DNA of 62,614 nt, filler included, from an uncultured Myxococcia bacterium (GCA_964617105.1; 21 parts of 21 records of this genome joined end to end with filler, not necessarily neighbours in it), one strand, 5' to 3'; numbered from the whole stretch's first letter, positions 30,371-40,900 are shown. Notes: generated from the sequence alone by a model not told the origin. Numbers and translations are program-made.

Positions 30371-30575
30371 NNNNNNNNNNNNNNNNNNNNNNNNNNNNNN
30401 NNNNNNNNNNNNNNTTAATTAATTAANNNNNNNNNNNNNNNNNNNNNNNNNNNNNNNNNNNNNNNNNNNNAACAGTTGGAAAAAATATCGTATTGCGGAC
30501 AAACTAAATTTCTCCTGGCGTTGTAAGGATTGTGAGGTTCAATATGCAAGGCAGGGGGTGGTGGCAATTATAATT

Positions 30576-30626
30576 TAGTGCCCATCCGGAAATTCTCCTG
30601 GAGGAGAAAATTTTGGACGGGCGCTA
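30576..30626. terminator. Stem-loop downstream of ldh
   Basis: TAGTGCCCATCC..AAATTCTCCT / AGGAGAAAATTTTGGACGGGCGCTA imperfect inverted repeat. Confidence 0.55.
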
Positions 30627-30637
30627 GTTTGGCAGTA

Positions 30638-31687
30638 TTACTTTTCCGCTTTTTTGGCGGCAATTCGCTCTTCCACAATGGCGTCGGCCACTTGTTCCGG
30701 TCTTTGGCCGCTGGACTTTGATTTCTCAAAGATCTCCATCATGGTATCATATATATTTTTAGTCTTTTCAATGGCTATCTCGGCGTTGTATCCGGCCCAT
30801 TCCTGGGAGACGTTAATTAGTCCGCCGGCATTGATGGCATAGTCGGGCGCGTAGAGGATCTCACGCTGAGCTAACTCTTCGCCGTGTTTTGTTTCGTCCA
30901 GTTGGTTGTTGGAGGCGCCAGCCACCACTTTGCACCTCAAACGGCCCACCGTGTAATTATTAACCACGCCGCCAAGTGCATTGGGGGAGAAGATATCGCA
31001 TTCCTGGTCGTAAATATAATCTGGGTCCACCACTTTGGCGTTTAACTCATCGGCCGCTCTTTGGGTGTATTCTTTAACCACATCGCACACTATCAGTTTG
31101 GCGCCGTTTTCGTGTAGATGTTTTGCCAATGGGTAACCAACATGTCCAACACCCTGGACAGCGATGGTCAGCCCTTCCAGGTCGTTGCGGTTCCATAAAA
31201 ATTTGGCCACTGCCTGGATGCCTCTCAAAACTCCCAGGGCGGTCATGGGAGAAGGGTCGCCGCTTCCACCCTGGCCGCTTTTTCCCGTGATAAACTTGGT
31301 ATATTTACTCATCAGGTCCATATCTGCCTGAGAGGTGCCACTGTCTTCAGCAGTGATATAGTTGCCGTTTAACCGGTCGATATGTTTGGCAAAAGAGATA
31401 AGAAGAGCCTCTCTGTTTTCCAAATTTTTCGGCATCATCATAATCGATTTACCGCCCCCGTGGGGAATTTTGGCCAGAGCAGCCTTGTAAGTCATGCCTC
31501 GGGAAAGACGTAAAACATCCACCAGAGCCTGCTCCTCATCTTCATAAAGTATGGCGCGACAACCGCCTAAAGCCGGTCCCATGGTGGTGTCGTGAATGGC
31601 AATGATACCTCGCAGTTGAGACTGGTTGTCATTGCAAAAAAATACATTTTCGTAATCCCTTAGTTGCATGTAATCAAAAACTGGCAC
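30638..31687 (-). CDS. ldh: Leucine dehydrogenase (Glu/Leu/Phe/Val dehydrogenase family)
   Basis: IAIHDTTMGPALGGCR, LSRGMTYK, GGGKS, YITAED, GDPSPMTA and APDYAINAGG; GTG start at 31687 after GGAGG. Confidence 0.9.
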   Translation of the reverse strand: MPVFDYMQLRDYENVFFCNDNQSQLRGIIAIHDTTMGPALGGCRAILYEDEEQALVDVLRLSRGMTYKAALAKIPHGGGKSIMMMPKNLENREALLISFAKHIDRLNGNYITAEDSGTSQADMDLMSKYTKFITGKSGQGGSGDPSPMTALGVLRGIQAVAKFLWNRNDLEGLTIAVQGVGHVGYPLAKHLHENGAKLIVCDVVKEYTQRAADELNAKVVDPDYIYDQECDIFSPNALGGVVNNYTVGRLRCKVVAGASNNQLDETKHGEELAQREILYAPDYAINAGGLINVSQEWAGYNAEIAIEKTKNIYDTMMEIFEKSKSSGQRPEQVADAIVEERIAAKKAEK

Positions 31688-31851
31688 TTTGGACCTCCTA
31701 ATCGGCAAAGAGAGATAATAATGGTTTAGGATGTAAGTTCTCTTCCGAGAATTAATAACATTATTTTTAAGTATGGGTAAGTAATGATACCCGATTCGAT
31801 TAATTCAAACTATTTACTATATCTAACCGCGGCTTTTTAGGCAACAAAATT

Positions 31852-32937
31852 TTAGGTGATTGCCCAGATTTTCTTGGCTATGTTTTTGTGCCCCCGGCAG
31901 TTCAAAATTTTCTGACATTTTTCAGGGTCTGGAGGATGGTGGCTTAGTTTTCTTTTACATTTTTGGATGCGGGTATAACTTTTTTCGATTAGATTGCGAA
32001 TTCGAGTTCGTTTGCGGGCCAGTTTTAAGATATATTCGCGCATTGAGGGAAAATCGGCGCCAGGAGAACAGAATAGAAAAATATCCAACCCTGCTTCCAA
32101 TCCATTTTCCAGGATCTCTTCAACCTGGAAATGATCAGAGATGGCTTTCATATCCAGATCATCAGAGATTATAACTCCGGTATGTCCCATCCGTTGCCGT
32201 AAATAGTTCAAGACGATACGAGACAGGGTGGCCGGGGTGGCTGAATCTATCCTCTTTAAAAGGATATGGGCGGTCATCAACATGGGGATTCCCCAGGCGA
32301 TGGCATTTTTAAAGGGGATAAGTTCCACCCGGTTAAGCCGGTGCCAGGTGTGCTGCAGCATAGGCAAGTGAAAATGGCTGTCCAGATCGGTGTCTCCATG
32401 CCCAGGAAAGTGTTTTCCGCAAGGTATGACTCCATATTTGAGTAATCCTTTGGCAAAGGAAACCCCCAGACGGCCTGCCAAAACCGGGTCGGAGCCAAAA
32501 CTGCGGTCACCGATTACCGGATTGTCCGGGTTGGTGTTCACATCCAGGACCGGGGCAAAATTGAGATTAAAGCCCTGGCTGCGTATTTCATTGCCGATTA
32601 TCGCTCCTGTCTGCTGAGCATTTTTATTGTTTTTAGTGGAACCCACCACTTTCATGGGTGGAAATTCAGTATTAGCCACTTGAGGAGATTTTAGACGGGC
32701 TACCCGACCTCCTTCCTGATCGACTCCTAAAAAGGGCAAAGAATCACCCTGGTAATGATAAACCTGTGAAGTCATTTTCACTACCTGCTCACAGGATTCA
32801 ATATTGCGTTTAAAAAAAATTAGCCCCCCCAGGTTTTCTCGCTTTAGCCAGCCCTCTATCTCGGGAGTTATACTGGGACCATCAAAGCCGATGATAAACA
32901 TCTGGCCGATCATCTGTTTTAAAAGAGTTTCATCCAT
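31852..32937 (-). CDS. nagZ: Beta-N-acetylhexosaminidase (GH3)
   Basis: VDQEGGRVAR, NFAPVLD, KHFPGHGDTDLDSH and ISDDLDM. Confidence 0.93.
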   Translation of the reverse strand: MDETLLKQMIGQMFIIGFDGPSITPEIEGWLKRENLGGLIFFKRNIESCEQVVKMTSQVYHYQGDSLPFLGVDQEGGRVARLKSPQVANTEFPPMKVVGSTKNNKNAQQTGAIIGNEIRSQGFNLNFAPVLDVNTNPDNPVIGDRSFGSDPVLAGRLGVSFAKGLLKYGVIPCGKHFPGHGDTDLDSHFHLPMLQHTWHRLNRVELIPFKNAIAWGIPMLMTAHILLKRIDSATPATLSRIVLNYLRQRMGHTGVIISDDLDMKAISDHFQVEEILENGLEAGLDIFLFCSPGADFPSMREYILKLARKRTRIRNLIEKSYTRIQKCKRKLSHHPPDPEKCQKILNCRGHKNIAKKIWAIT

Positions 32938-32984
32938 TTAATTGATTACCAAGGTGTTTAAAAATGAAAAAAATTCCCAGAATT

Positions 32985-33343
32985 TTAACGCCGGGTTGAC
33001 CCTAAAAGATCACCAGGATGACGACTTTCGCCCCAATTGGTAACATATATAGCCGGTTTTCCTTTTACCGGACACATAAACTGGCAAATACCGCAGCCGG
33101 TGCATAGTTTAGGTTCGATAGAAGGTAATTTTATCACATTTTTCTGGAGGGCCCAATATTTTTTCTCCTTTAATTTAATAGCTTTGGGGGCAGTTGGACA
33201 GTGCTCTTCACAGACAATACAGGCTGTCCCATTGGCCCAGGGCAGGCAGTTACCCCGATTTATAAAAGCGGTACCTATTTTAAATGGTTTTCCAGTTTGC
33301 ACACCGATTTTTACGGCCTGGGTAATGGGATGTAAGGCTCCGG
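32985..33343 (-). CDS. MauM/NapG-like 4Fe-4S protein, C-terminal part
   Basis: CLPW..GTACIVCEEHCP and CTGCGICQFMCP. Confidence 0.85.
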
Positions 33344-33443
33344 NNNNNNNNNNNNNNNNNNNNNNNNNNNNNNNNNNNNNNNNNNNNTTAATTAATTAAN
33401 NNNNNNNNNNNNNNNNNNNNNNNNNNNNNNNNNNNNNNNNNNN

Positions 33444-33515
33444 GCAGGATGGGCAAAGGCTTTTGGCTTTACAGGAAAATGGGAGTAGATACTCATGATG
33501 GCAGGAGTCACAGTA
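33444..33515 (-). mobile_element. IS91-family transposase zinc-binding domain fragment
   Basis: CDSCHHEYLLPFSCKAKSLCPSC fits the CxxC...FSCKxRxxCPSC motif. Confidence 0.75.
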
Positions 33516-33676
33516 GAGAAACCGGAATACTATCAAGCATACCACGGAGATGCCATGCTGGCCGACCACATGAACCAGGTTGGCTATTTTTGCGGAATAG
33601 ATGACCAGAAATTCGACCACCTGGAGTTTTATCTTCACCTGGCCAAGCTGGTAACAGAATAGAAAGGAGCAATCCG

Positions 33677-34057
33677 ATGATAATTCTGATTTCAACTATC
33701 CTGTGTATTTCAATTCTGCTTTCACCTTTGGCCGTCCTGGCCAATGACTGTCCTACAGCCACACCAATTTTTCAAGGCGAGACTGCCCCTTGCGATGGAG
33801 TCATTCTACCGGAGGCAAAGGTCAAGGAATACTTTAATCTAAAGATGGCAACCAAGACTCTACAGGACAAACTGGATTTAGAAAAATCGCTGCGGGAGCG
33901 AGAAATGGAAGTATGTCGGAAAAAGATCAAAACCGCAGACAACTGGATCAGCGACCGGAAAAATCCTCCCTGGTGGCAATCTACTAAGTTCAACCGCTGG
34001 CTGGGATTTGCAGGTGGGGTGGTGGTGAGTGCGGCGGCGTTTTGGGCTTTTAGATAA
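33677..34057 (+). CDS. Hypothetical phage-like exported protein (possible lysis accessory)
   Basis: AGGAG RBS, signal peptide, GETAPCDGVIL, coiled coil and C-terminal TM PPWWQ...GFAGGVVV. Confidence 0.55.
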   Translation: MIILISTILCISILLSPLAVLANDCPTATPIFQGETAPCDGVILPEAKVKEYFNLKMATKTLQDKLDLEKSLREREMEVCRKKIKTADNWISDRKNPPWWQSTKFNRWLGFAGGVVVSAAAFWAFR

Positions 34058-34304
34058 TTGACAACCTCTCAAACGGGATAGCCAGTCGACAGTATGCAAA
34101 TCCTGCCACCTTTTTTGGTCTTTTCTGATTAGATTGCCATTCAATACTTTTTTCTACTAACCAACATAGTTTTCGGTTGCAAAATTCCTGAGGTAATGAA
34201 AAAATACTTCTTCATTCATCCGCTTTTGTAGATCAAATTCTGTATTTCGGCGCTGGAGAATCCAGCCTGGAACTTAATTAAAAAACCGTTCTGGAGGATT
34301 AAGT

Positions 34305-35168
34305 ATGGCAGGTCTAAAGAAACAGACCCAGGCTATTGTCGTTTTTGAAAACAGAAAAATCCGCAGGGACTGGCATAAGGAGGAGTGGTGGTTTTCAGTT
34401 ATTGATGTATGCCGGGTGTTAACAGATAGTGTTGACGCTGGTGCCTATTGGCGAAAACTGAAACAACGGCTGAAAAAGGAGGGTAGCGAGGTTGTGACAA
34501 ATTGTCACGGACTGAAACTTAAAGCTGCAGATGGTAAAAAATATAAAACCGACTGTGCCAATACCGAAGGTATTTTCCGCATTATTCAATCAATTCCTTC
34601 CCCCAAGGCGGAACCTTTCAAGCGATGGTTGGCGGCAGTGGGTTATGAGCGAGTACAGGAGATAGAAAACCCGGAGTTGGCACAGGAAAGGATGAAAGCC
34701 CTTTACGAAAAAAAGGGATATCCCAAAGACTGGATTGACAAACGTTTGCGCGGCATGGCTATTCGTCAGAATTTAACGGATGAATGGAAAGAAAGGGGTA
34801 TTAAAGAGCAGAAAGACTACGCCATCCTGACCGCAGAAATCTCCAAGGCTACTTTTGGCATAACCCCCAGTGATTATAAAAAGTATAAAAATATCCCAGC
34901 CAAGTCAAAGGCAAACCTGCGGGACAATATGACCGACCTTGAGTTGATCTTCACCATGCTTGGGGAGAAGGTCACCACGGAAATATCCCGAAAAGAAAAG
35001 CCGGCAACTTTCCCGGAAAACAGACAGGTTGCCAGACGCGGCGGGAAAGTTGCCGGTAATGCCCGGAAAGAAACTGAAAAAGAGATTGGACGCTCTGTTA
35101 TGTCCAAAGATAATTTTATCTCCGACCAGTTACCTGATAATGAGCTGGATAAACCAGGGGATAAATGA
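34305..35168 (+). CDS. BRO-N domain protein (phage antirepressor-like)
   Basis: FENRKIRR...WWFSVIDVC, RIIQSIPSPKAEPFKRWLA and NLRDNMTDLELIF. Confidence 0.9.
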   Translation: MAGLKKQTQAIVVFENRKIRRDWHKEEWWFSVIDVCRVLTDSVDAGAYWRKLKQRLKKEGSEVVTNCHGLKLKAADGKKYKTDCANTEGIFRIIQSIPSPKAEPFKRWLAAVGYERVQEIENPELAQERMKALYEKKGYPKDWIDKRLRGMAIRQNLTDEWKERGIKEQKDYAILTAEISKATFGITPSDYKKYKNIPAKSKANLRDNMTDLELIFTMLGEKVTTEISRKEKPATFPENRQVARRGGKVAGNARKETEKEIGRSVMSKDNFISDQLPDNELDKPGDK

Positions 35169-35229
35169 TGGAGTGCTTGAGAAATACAAATGTCTAAGTC
35201 CTTGGTAACCCTGAATCGATCCAAGCCTT

Positions 35230-35549
35230 TCACCATCTAACTTGCTCCATCATCTCTTCCAATGCCAACTCAACACGTTCATCATCGTTTTTTTTCAAAC
35301 TCAGGTATAGGGAAAAACGATCTGCTACACCTTTTTCAGCAAATATTGCCGGTGAATAACTCCAGATTTCCAGTTGGCAGGCATCTGGTTCTGCCATGGG
35401 GAGTAGTATAAGGCCATTGAGATTTTGAACTCTTTTCCACTCCTTAGAAAAAAAGGCAGTCTTTTCTTCTCTTCCCATTGCTCCAGGTTTACTGCAATAT
35501 CCAGCGTTTCCTTAAAGTATCGTTTAAAATCACGTTCCAGGTTTTCCAT
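35230..35549 (-). pseudogene. Internally deleted/frameshifted regulator or AbiEi-like antitoxin remnant
   Basis: N-terminus MENLERDFKRYFKETL...LPFFLR and C-terminus LEIWSYSP...DRFSLYLSL...DERVELALEEM lie in different overlapping frames. Confidence 0.55.
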
Positions 35550-35726
35550 TTTCCCTCTCTCTTTGCAACCCTTTTATTGCACTGCACCACCTCTAGTGTT
35601 ATCGTGCAAGACAAAAGTTACACAGACTCTCGGGGCGAGCAAAACTAATTCTCCCCTTTACATAAATTACCACAATGCTATATAGATTAAACTGTAAAAA
35701 GAGATCACTACTCTGGAGGAGAACGC

Positions 35727-36287
35727 ATGAAACGATTATCCAAAAATAGTGTCATTCTAACCAGTTGGCTCGTGGCACTTACGGTTGCCATTACTATGCT
35801 CAGTTGCACCACTAAAAAAATGGGTGACTCTGGCCGCCCCCTGTGGATAGATAAGTCCACCGGTTTTATGGACGGGATCAAGGGTAAAGGTTTCTATGGA
35901 GTGGGGACAGCCAGCAATATTCCCGATGTGGGTCTGCGCCGTAATGCTGCCGATGCTATGGCCCGCACTGAGTTGGCCAAGATGTTTCGCAGCCGGGTAA
36001 AGAACATGATGAAAATCTATCAGGCCCAGGCGGCCAAGCAGAACAATGAGCAAGGGTCTTTTGAACAGCATGTCCAGGAGGTGACCAAGGTTTTTACTGA
36101 CATGGAGTTGGTGGGGACCAGGATTGTCAGCCGCTGGTATGATTCCAAGGCCAATGTTCAATATTCTCTGGCCCTGTTAAGCAGAGAGGAGTTTATCGCC
36201 GAATTGGAGCGGATGGGCTCTCTGGGAGAAGCAGTGCGTAAGTTTTTAAAAGAGAATGCCGACCTGGTCTTTGAGGAATTGAGATAG
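35727..36287 (+). CDS. LPP20-like lipoprotein
   Basis: Lipobox MLSC, RPLWI, FYGVGTA and ADAMARTELAK. Confidence 0.8.
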   Translation: MKRLSKNSVILTSWLVALTVAITMLSCTTKKMGDSGRPLWIDKSTGFMDGIKGKGFYGVGTASNIPDVGLRRNAADAMARTELAKMFRSRVKNMMKIYQAQAAKQNNEQGSFEQHVQEVTKVFTDMELVGTRIVSRWYDSKANVQYSLALLSREEFIAELERMGSLGEAVRKFLKENADLVFEELR

Positions 36288-36414
36288 ATTTATGTTTAAA
36301 NNNNNNNNNNNNNNNNNNNNNNNNNNNNNNNNNNNNNNNNNNNNTTAATTAATTAANNNNNNNNNNNNNNNNNNNNNNNNNNNNNNNNNNNNNNNNNNNN
36401 AGGCCGGGGTCAAG

Positions 36415-36553
36415 AAAGTCAAGTGGTGGGCGGCCCTGGACAGGCGTTGCTGCCCCGAGTGCTCGGCACGACATGGACAGGTCTATGATGTGGATAAGGT
36501 GGAGGCACCTGGGATTCATCCCAGGTGTAGGTGTTCGGTTTTTGCGGTGGTTT
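36415..36553. repeat. 139-bp direct repeat, copy 1
   Basis: Ungapped alignment to 38332-38470, about 26 mismatches by hand count (~81% identity). Confidence 0.92.
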
Positions 36554-36579
36554 GATGCAAGTTGCTATGTTAATAACTT

Positions 36580-37560
36580 TCACAGCATATTGATTTCATC
36601 CTCTAACTCTTTAAGCACCCCCATAATTTCATCCAAAGTAGGGATTTCTCCATAGATCATCTCCTCCATGGCGCGGTAATCTTTTTCAAGAGTGGTTAAT
36701 GCATGGGCCGGTGGAATCAACTTAAATGTTCCTGGAACAGCCAAATCGTATTTTGCCCACCTTTGGGGATAAAATTTCTTCTTAAAATTGACTACGGAGG
36801 ATAAGAGTTCAATATTACTCAGCGCGGTTTTTCTGACTTTAGACCTGGCCATTCGGGCGGTATCATAGTAGTGACGGGAATACCGGATAGGTTGAGGCTT
36901 ATTTTCTGGCCTATGGGCTTCCTGATGTAAAATCGTCGCTTTTTCCCAAAAGGTCCGTTCTGCTTTGATAACCTGGACAAAACTAGATGGCTGTTCAAAC
37001 AGGTGGGGAAACTCCTCGGCAGCATAAGGGTGAATTTCATAATTATCATTAGGAATCCATTGAGCAAGGGGTCCAATCTCCAGCCGGACTTCTGGCCGGA
37101 GGTAGGTGTCAGAAAAATCGGACGGGTACTGAATACTAATAACATCGGGGGATTCTTTCTCTCCTGCAATTTGGCACACAGAGCCAAGAATCTTTTGTAT
37201 TTCTGGCAGTAAACTTTCAGAGATATAAACTAGTGCCGCCTTTTGTATCTTTTTGTTAAACTTGTCTTGCCCTGTCTTGGAACGCTCGGCCAGGGGATTT
37301 TCTTCAGTTACTTCGTTCCAATCAAGGATCAGATCGATATCTTCGGAAAAACGCTCAATCAGTTTAAACACTTTAGATAATGAGGTGCCCCCTTTAAAAA
37401 GGAGTTTTTTATTAAGTGGTTTTGCAGAAAACAATCTGCCCAACACCCAACATACCCAAAAATCTTTTTCAATAATGGCGGGCAGCAAATTACGGCGTGC
37501 TCCAGTCTCTTTAAAGAGAGCCTCCCGTTGTTCATTAGGCCATAGTGCAATTTGTTCCAT
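36580..37560 (-). CDS. AbiEii/AbiGii-family nucleotidyltransferase toxin (type IV TA)
   Basis: IEKDFWV, FKGGTSLSK...RFSEDIDL, ERTFWEK and SRHYYD. Confidence 0.93.
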   Translation of the reverse strand: MEQIALWPNEQREALFKETGARRNLLPAIIEKDFWVCWVLGRLFSAKPLNKKLLFKGGTSLSKVFKLIERFSEDIDLILDWNEVTEENPLAERSKTGQDKFNKKIQKAALVYISESLLPEIQKILGSVCQIAGEKESPDVISIQYPSDFSDTYLRPEVRLEIGPLAQWIPNDNYEIHPYAAEEFPHLFEQPSSFVQVIKAERTFWEKATILHQEAHRPENKPQPIRYSRHYYDTARMARSKVRKTALSNIELLSSVVNFKKKFYPQRWAKYDLAVPGTFKLIPPAHALTTLEKDYRAMEEMIYGEIPTLDEIMGVLKELEDEINML

Positions 37561-38171
37561 TAGGTTTCCTTGCTGCAGATTTGGCGGATAACCTCATAAA
37601 CCCATCCAGTTGCCGTTATAGTATCTTTTAGGATGCTTTCATATTTTTTTGGGTCTAGCCACGTTTGTATTTTTTGAATGATTTCCGGCGTAATTTGTTC
37701 TGGCCCCAGAGAGTTCAGTGCATGGACAATCAGAGCACTCTCCCTCAATCTGAAAACACTATCTTTCAATGCCGTTTGCTTGAAGGCGATGCTATAAGTA
37801 TCAATTGTATAGATGCGATCAGGCCCATCTGATAAATACATAATCCGTGCAGGAACTTGAGTTGACAGCCCCAATATATTTAATGCTGTTGGTCCGGTGA
37901 ATTGAATCCGCCATCCGAATTTGCGGGCCAGGGCCTGAGCGACCTGATCATAATCGGGACTCAAAACTGTTTTAAGAGTTTCGCTGTATTTGGGATAATC
38001 ATAGATCCCCCGAATGACGCGCCGAATAGTACCTTTTTTAAGTAGGCGATGCAGGGTGACATCGATTGCTGAGCGGCTCCCAATAGGGAGAAGATCTTTT
38101 TGGGAAAAAGCCCAACCCCTCCCCTTGCCATAAATTATGCTAAGTGCTCTATTTTGAATGCTTTTAGACAT
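37560..38171 (-). CDS. AbiEi-like antitoxin (DUF6088 type)
   Basis: LHRLLKKGTIRRVIRGIY and ALNILGLSTQVP; coupled to abiEii. Confidence 0.9.
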   Translation of the reverse strand: MSKSIQNRALSIIYGKGRGWAFSQKDLLPIGSRSAIDVTLHRLLKKGTIRRVIRGIYDYPKYSETLKTVLSPDYDQVAQALARKFGWRIQFTGPTALNILGLSTQVPARIMYLSDGPDRIYTIDTYSIAFKQTALKDSVFRLRESALIVHALNSLGPEQITPEIIQKIQTWLDPKKYESILKDTITATGWVYEVIRQICSKET

Positions 38172-38188
38172 ATTATCACCTCTGTTTC

Positions 38189-38218
38189 TGTAAGAAAAAA
38201 TACCTTATTTTTCTTACA
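38189..38218. promoter_or_regulatory. Inverted-repeat operator upstream of the AbiE-like operon
   Basis: TGTAAGAAAAA-8 nt-TTTTTCTTACA. Confidence 0.7.
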
Positions 38219-38331
38219 ACATCAAGTGATATTTGTTGGAAAATTGAATCGCCGTCACAAGCACGGCCGTATATCTTTGACGATTTGGCGAGATAGGGCT
38301 AAATAAATTGCTACTTTATCATCTATGTGTC

Positions 38332-38470
38332 AAAGTCAAGTGGTTGGCGACTTTGGACAGGCGATGCTGCCCCGAGTGCTCAGCCCGGCATGGGCAGGTG
38401 TATGAGGTGGGGAGGGTGGAGGCGCCTGTCCTTCACCCACGCTGTAGATGCTCACTTTTTGCGGTGGTTT
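38332..38470. repeat. 139-bp direct repeat, copy 2
   Basis: Matches 36415-36553. Confidence 0.92.
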
Positions 38471-38486
38471 AGACTTGAGTGAGTTA

Positions 38487-38777
38487 TTACGCTTTGACAG
38501 TAGTAAACCTCAAATTCAATGCATTAAGAATTTTAATCATACTTGACCATCTAGGATTACCATCTTTTGAAAGAAGATTATATAAATTTTGTCTGTTGAG
38601 GTCTGTCGTTTTGGAGAGATTGCTCAATCCTCCCCAGGCTTTGGACACATCTCTTAAAGCGATTAGAAAAACCTCTGGATATTCTGTATCCTCTAAAGCA
38701 GCATTCAAATAGGCGATTGCTTCTTCTGGATCTTTGAGGCTTTCGATTAAAAAATCATCATAATTTTTAACCGGCAT
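38487..38777 (-). CDS. Addiction-module antidote protein (HTH antitoxin)
   Basis: LKDPEEAIAYLNAALE...ALRDVSKA...LNRQNLYNLLSKDGNP. Confidence 0.9.
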   Translation of the reverse strand: MPVKNYDDFLIESLKDPEEAIAYLNAALEDTEYPEVFLIALRDVSKAWGGLSNLSKTTDLNRQNLYNLLSKDGNPRWSSMIKILNALNLRFTTVKA

Positions 38778-39111
38778 TTTTCTTTTCCTCCTTATATGCA
38801 TCCCAATACTGCAGGGCTTTTTTAATGTCTTTGGACTGTGTTCCTTTTAATCCACCGCAAAGCAAAATAACCAAACTGTCACCATCCAAGCCATAATAAA
38901 TTCGGTAACCAGGACCATAATGAATTCGTAATTCATAAACGCCATCTTTAACAGGTTTGTAGTCGCCAAAATTACTACTTCTAACTCGGTTTAGTCTGGT
39001 TTTTATTAGTGCCCTACCTTTTAAATTCTTAATCCCTTTGAACCATTTTATATAAGGTTCGTGTCCATCCTCAGTCACATAATATTTGATATCTTTCGTC
39101 TTTATTTCCAT
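38767..39111 (-). CDS. RelE/ParE-family addiction-module killer toxin
   Basis: NFGDYKPVKDGVYELRIHYGPGYRIYY and ILLCGG.K.TQSKDI. Confidence 0.92.
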   Translation of the reverse strand: MEIKTKDIKYYVTEDGHEPYIKWFKGIKNLKGRALIKTRLNRVRSSNFGDYKPVKDGVYELRIHYGPGYRIYYGLDGDSLVILLCGGLKGTQSKDIKKALQYWDAYKEEKKNAG

Positions 39112-39116
39112 ATCTT

Positions 39117-39145
39117 ATTGTCGCCTTTAAGCGACAAAAAGTCAA
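39117..39145 (-). promoter_or_regulatory. Promoter and operator of the RelE-type TA module
   Basis: TTGACT-17 nt-GACAAT ending 5 nt before the ATG; palindrome TTGTCGC-6 nt-GCGACAA at 39118-39137. Confidence 0.7.
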
Positions 39146-39354
39146 GCCGAAATAATAAAATTAAAAAATGGCACTTAAAGTTTTTTCAACCAAAGGCTCA
39201 AGAACACTTTTTTTCTTCTGCGACCTCACATTCAGAAATAATTTTTCAAGGCATNNNNNNNNNNNNNNNNNNNNNNNNNNNNNNNNNNNNNNNNNNNNTT
39301 AATTAATTAANNNNNNNNNNNNNNNNNNNNNNNNNNNNNNNNNNNNNNNNNNNN

Positions 39355-40900
39355 GCGATTCCTGGCAAGATGACCAGTTGCTCCATTCGCAAAACTGAGA
39401 GCATTTACGAACTTTTGAACCTGTCATACAGATACCGCAATCCTGTTTTTCCTCCCGATCGGCCTGACAAGATCCCTGGCTTTCACAAGCAAAATCCCAG
39501 CGACATTTTTTATTGCATTTTTTGGCGATAAATCCACAACGACCACATTTGCCGTCGGTATATTCCACATTACCCGGAGTGCAGTAATCTGAAGTCCAGG
39601 TACACCGGCTCCACTGCCCCCACTGGTTATTGCTACAGGAACGAGTCCTGGTGCCCCGCATACAGGGCCCGCATGCTACAGTTTGCTTTTTGCCTGTGGT
39701 GCAAGAGGAGTTGGAAGAGCAACTTCCCCCGCTGGAAAGTTTACAACTGGCGTTGCAGGTTAACGTTAAGGTGCCTTTATCTTCCGCTCCACAGACAAAA
39801 CTTACCTGTGTTCCCTTTTCGCAATCTCCCGTTTCATTAAGGCAAGTCTGAGTCCATTGACAATTGTGATTACACACCTCTCCGCTTGTGCCACAATATC
39901 CGCAACTTTGCGAGGCGGTTCTTACCTCTCCTGGGGTGCATCCTCTCTCCTGGCATGGACCTGGCGGTCCCCAACTTCCATCGACCATACACCTGCTGAT
40001 CATTGCTCCTTTACCGCAGTTGCCACAGGGAGACTCTTTTATTTGGCCCGGTTGGCACTCTCCCTCTTGCTTACAGTCTGACCAGGGCCCCCAGGTACAG
40101 TTGGTATTGCACACTCTCTGGCGTTTGCCACCCGAGGAACAAACATCCGACTCTACCGTATTGTAACTACACTCTTTTTGATCTTCACAAATGCCCCAAT
40201 CGCCCCATTTACCAGTAGGCTGGCAGGTCCGATTTTTGGTACCGCAACGCTGGCAAGAGGAGGTCTCTACTTTGCCTGAAGTACAATTTTTTCCGGTTAT
40301 ATATTGGCAATTTTTCTCGTCGCTGGAGGCAAAGGGAAATATAGTGGCATCTTCGTCATTACAGTCGCCAAAAGCCTTAGCCAATTTTTCATCGGAAATA
40401 CCAATACAACATTCGGGCTGTTCGCAATTGGGAAACAGATCCTGATCATTTTCACAGTCAGTATAAATTTTGCGCAGCACAATGGGAAAAATTTGTTCCG
40501 GTTTTACCTCAAAGGTTTGACCAAAAACCGAGAGAACTTTTCTTTTCCCTTCGCTAATATTAAGCGCTGCCACATAAATATCAGTCACGCCCAAATGTTC
40601 CTGAATACTGTAAGCATAACTGTTTTCAGTAATATCCTTATCATTATCCAGGGGAACAAGTTTAGTATCCACCTTAACAGTTTTGGTAGAATCATCGTTA
40701 TAACGATAAACGAAATAGAGGTTGTTGATGGGTTTGTCAACCTTTTCACTTTTAATTTTCAAAGTGAACATTATCTCTTCTTCCGGACCGCCTATGGTGG
40801 AGGTGCCACCACCGCATCCGATTGCCAAAAACGCTACACAGGCGAATATTATTAGGGCTGTCAGGTAGACCTTTTGGATTTTTCTGTTATCGGTTTTCAT
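39355..40900 (-). CDS. Cys-rich repeat lipoprotein (myxobacterial type), 3' partial
   Basis: Lipobox AIGC; DCNDEDATIFP motif; repeated C.PG....C..CG...R.C...C.WG.W..C units. Confidence 0.85.

Noticed and set aside
36415-38470. 139-bp repeats as integron attC sites
   Set aside because: No RYYYAAC/GTTRRRY core pair or end-to-end palindrome is visible, and there is no integrase on the contig. They are kept as an unexplained repeat.
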